Source: Scyliorhinus canicula (taxonomy: Eukaryota). Taken from it: a stretch of 64,000 bases of DNA. Location of the stretch: positions 176,706,107 to 176,770,106 of the forward strand of contig NC_052150.1 in the NCBI RefSeq assembly GCF_902713615.1, read 5' to 3'. The notes below the pieces were generated by a model. It made no database searches and had not been told where the DNA came from. It saw nothing but the letters and a program-made list of their open reading frames with translations. This document shows, in pieces, positions 60,500 to 64,000 of this stretch; the first letter of the stretch is position 1; every line of letters begins with the position of its first letter. The position numbers were made by a program, and so were the translations under genes.

Positions 60500-62235
60500 A
60501 AAAAAAAATTGTTCAAGGCTTTTCAACAAAAAGTATGAGTATACAGAATATCAGAAGAACAACGCATAATCCAGTAAGCAACCACAGCCCTCCAGCCCCC
60601 CTTACACCGACCCCCAGCCACGTCCCACCTCCCCCATTTTAACCCCGCCCCAAAGCCTCCCTCTCTCCTCGTTGACCCCTCAATCGTCCTTGAAGAAATA
60701 AATAAATGGTTTTCACCTCGGAGTAAACTCTCCTACAAACCCTGCAGAACAACGGAATCTTCTTCAACCTCAGGAATTCTGCCAGATTGCTCACGCGCAA
60801 CCCTGCCTTCAGTGGCCCTGAGTCCCGTCAACAAGACAAAATCCATCTCCAGGCTATCAGGGAGGCAAGGGCCAATACATCGATCTCTGTCCCCTTCTGG
60901 ATTCGCGGAAAGGCCCCGCGGATGCGGCAGGCTTCCTTTGCCGTTCTCACTGGCCAGTGTTCCGTTAATCCAGTGGTGAATTCATCTGAGGAAGGAGCAG
61001 TGTTCCAAAAGCTAGTGTTTGAAAAAAACATGTTGGACTTTAACCTGGTGTTGTCAGACTTCTTACTGTGGTACCTCTCCTCAATTTTGGGATACTCCAG
61101 CCCATCCAGGAACCTTCTCATCTCTGCTTCCCCCATTGGGGGCTCCGACTCATAGAGCCTCCTACAAAAGGCCATTCACCCCCTCCTGGTCTATCCCCAT
61201 CTTATCCCCCTTGTCCCTCACTCTACCAATCTCCTTTGCCACTGCCTGCTTCCTCAACTGATGGGCCGGCATCCTACTTGCCTTCTCCCTGAACTCATGC
61301 TCTGCTTCCCTGGCCTCCGCGACCTTCTCCGTAATTACTAACCCAAACTCCATCTGGAGCCTCTGTCTCTCTTTCAGCAACCCCTCCTCTGGCATCACCG
61401 AGTACCTCCTATCCACCCTCAAGATCTCATCTACCAGCCTTGCCCTCTCCACCCGCTCCACCCTCTCCCTATTCACCAAAATCAAAAAAACTCCCCTCTA
61501 ACAACAGTCTTGAGTGCCCCCCACAACATGGCGGCTGTGACCTCCCCGTATCATTCACCTCCTTAAGGCCCCGTATGGCTGCTCTCACCTGCTCACACAC
61601 CCTGTCATCCACAAGCAACCCTTCATCCAACTGCCACTGGGCCATGGGGCCTGCCCCTGAACCACCCCAAATCCACCCAATGCAGCGCGCAGCCAGAGAC
61701 CCCGATTGCCTAATACCCCGAGTTCACCAACCCCGCCAACAGTGCCTTGTGCATTACAAAAAAGTCAATCCAGGAGTACACAAGGTGCACATGGGAGAAA
61801 TATGAAAACTCCGTCACCCTCCCAAACCTCCATGGGTCTGCCCCCACCATGCGCTCCATGAACCCCCTCAGCTCTCTAGCCACTGGGCTGAACCGGTCCA
61901 GGCTCGAGTCCAGGACCATATTAAAATCCCCCCATAATCAACCAGTGCTTATCTTAATCCGGAATCCTCCCCAACACCCGCCGCATACAATCCCAATTCG
62001 GGACATAAACGTTTACCGGACCACCGGCACCCCCTCAAGCTTCCCGCTGACCACCACATATCTACCCCACCGGATCTGCAACAATGTTCCCCACCTCAAA
62101 TGCTACCCTTTTATTGATCAACATTGTCCCCCTCCTCGTCTTAATGTCCAGCCCCGAGTGGAACACCTGCCACGCCCATCCTCTCCTCAGCCTCGTCTGA
62201 TCCCCCAACTTCAGGTGTGTCTCCTGTAAGAACAC
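60500..62235 (-). mobile_element. L1/Tx1 LINE remnant with internal deletion
   Basis: Endonuclease motifs (GDFN, FSYFSHVH..YSWIDFF), EFREKASRM, C-terminal LASLIAWRWIL. Confidence 0.85.
60983..61068 (+). mobile_element. Penelope-like terminus with inactivated hammerhead motif
   Basis: Homologous to 34751-34835; GAAA mutated to AAAA. Confidence 0.75.
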
Positions 62236-62238
62236 CAT

Positions 62239-62620
62239 GGGCGGGAGTCTCCGGTCGCCGATGCTGAAATTGCATTCGACGATCAGCTGGAAAAATCCCC
62301 GGTGTCGCTTTTGTGATGCTGCGCCCCTGATGGGCCGAGTTTCAGACGGCGTGGGTCACTCATACTATTTTGTTTTGTGAACCCGGCGTGGTGGCAGGCT
62401 TTGGCAACATAGCAGGTCTGCCACAGATGCAGGGGGTTATCACTGCACCTATGTCACTCTCTGAGCCCTGTGGCACCATGGAGCCCCTTTTATTAATTGG
62501 AAGGGATTCCACTCTCTCAATGTTCAGCTGGTGGGTACCACCAGATTTGTTTCATGCATGTGTTTGCCCATTTTCTAGGGAACATGCATGACAGCTACAT
62601 CCTTGGTCATGCTGCCATGG
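62239..62620 (+). pseudogene. Harbinger terminus joined to a transposase catalytic-core fragment
   Basis: GGGCGGGAGTCTCC at 62239; GFGNIAGLPQMQGVI, FINWKGFHSLNVQLV, HFLGNMHDSYIL. Confidence 0.82.
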
Positions 62621-62796
62621 TGGTGGGGTGTCTGGGGCCTGATATAGCCGGCCACAGCGGCTCCACACAGATCAAGGTGTCCTGTTTAATGGGGAACCAC
62701 CCCACATGCACAGATGTGGGAAACCTCCCCCGCAAACATACTGGGGCAACCCCTCCCAAAACATAAGAGGAACTTCCCCCACAATGGAGCTACCCA

Positions 62797-62979
62797 GGGG
62801 CTGGTTTAGCACACTGGGCTAAATCGCTGGCTTTTAAAGCAGACCAAGGCAGGCCAGCAGCACGGTTCAATTCCTGTACCAGCCTCCCTGAACAGGCGCC
62901 GGAATGTGGTGACTAGGGGCTTTTCACAGTAACTTCATTGAAGCCTACTCGTGACAATAACCGATTTTCATTTCATTTC
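62797..62979 (+). mobile_element. Short tRNA-derived SINE with (ATTTC)n tail
   Basis: GGGGCTGGTTTAGCAC...GGTTCAATTCC...GACAATAA...TTTCATTTCATTTCA. Confidence 0.88.
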
Positions 62980-63552
62980 AGACAGACTTCCTTGGCATTG
63001 CACTGACACTGCCCGCTGGCTGGGTAAAATTAAGAATAGTTTCTATTGCTGCCAGCCGAAGTGCGTTTGCCTTTGTTTATATACAACACACGGCCCACAC
63101 CCATCTTCTGTGTAGTTCCCCGTTTAAATAACTTTGATTTCACTTCAGTTTGCGCTGTTAGCTTATGGATAATGCCTCATCCAGCTAGTCAGACACATCA
63201 GGCATTTCCTAAGCTGGGCAGGAGGTTTCAGGGAAGTCAAGAATTCAGGAGGGAGGGTGAGGGTGGTGTGCCTGACTCCTTTCCAGTTCCATGCGATTTT
63301 GCCAATGGTGGTATAGTGACTGAGGGCCTTCTTTCCAGAGGCCAACTGTACCTCTTCCCACTGCCGCTGCTGGCAGTTTATCAGTTGCACATGGGCCCCC
63401 TGCCAGGTGGCGAGATGGCCAGGTGATAGCCTTCCTAGAGGGGCCTGGCAACAACTCTCCCTGCATTCACCACTCACCTTACCTGGGGCTGTCTGATCCT
63501 TGAACTAACTTACCACGTTCGGATGGCAGCATCCATGCTGTTTTCCCCGATT

Positions 63553-63670
63553 ATCATAGAATTTACAGTGCAGAAGGAGGCCATTCGGCCCATCGAGTCT
63601 GCACCGGCTCTTGGAAAGAGCACCCTACCCAAGGTCAACACCTCCACCCTATCCCCATAACCCAGTAACC
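63553..63670 (-). mobile_element. HE1 SINE 3' fragment
   Basis: Matches 166-280. Confidence 0.85.
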
Positions 63671-64000
63671 TGACAGTAATCCCGACAGTGGCTATGATTC
63701 CTAATGGTGTTGCTGGGATTGATGAGCTGTCAGCTCTCCAATTGGGCGTTAACTCTTGGAGGCGGGATTTCATCCCTGACAAATAAGGATGGGAGTCCCA
63801 ACAACAGATGATAGACATGTCAGGAGTGTGATGGAATACTCTCCACTTGCCTGCATGAGTACAGGACAAAACAGCCCGCTTGATCCAACGCCTTAAGCAT
63901 TCACTCGTCCACCATTGACGGAGGCTGGTCTCCCCATAACGGCAAAGGTGGGATTATCTCTGGCTTTCCAGCCTGTTACTGGAGCTACTGCTGCAATGAC

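Overview
Eukaryotic, repeat-dominated non-coding DNA, most likely from a shark or other cartilaginous fish. This rests on many HE1-type V-SINEs with CR1-derived tails, a Deu-domain (SacSINE1-like) SINE relic, and CR1, L1/Tx1, RTE and Penelope-like retroelements. No intact host protein-coding gene can be demonstrated. Most of the window is nested, decayed transposons: (1) an hAT (Charlie/SPIN, GTF2IRD2-like) element at 827-6993 split by three insertions; (2) several PIF/Harbinger elements, including decayed transposases, a spliced Myb/SANT partner gene and CpG-rich MITEs with GGGCGGGATTCTCC-type TIRs; (3) a truncated Gypsy element (LTR-PBS-gag-protease) and solo LTRs with TSDs; (4) a young CR1; (5) a 1.47-kb perfectly phased 30-bp tandem array. 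Best second-look items are minimal hammerhead ribozyme motifs in Penelope termini (one inside an 81-bp-arm palindrome), an intronless FUNDC1/2-like retrocopy fragment, a 456-bp open exon-like segment with a TIMP-like N-terminal motif, and the 30-bp and 90-bp VNTRs. I cannot support a claim of a wholly new biological system. Family names come from motif recognition, not database searches, and boundaries of decayed elements are approximate.
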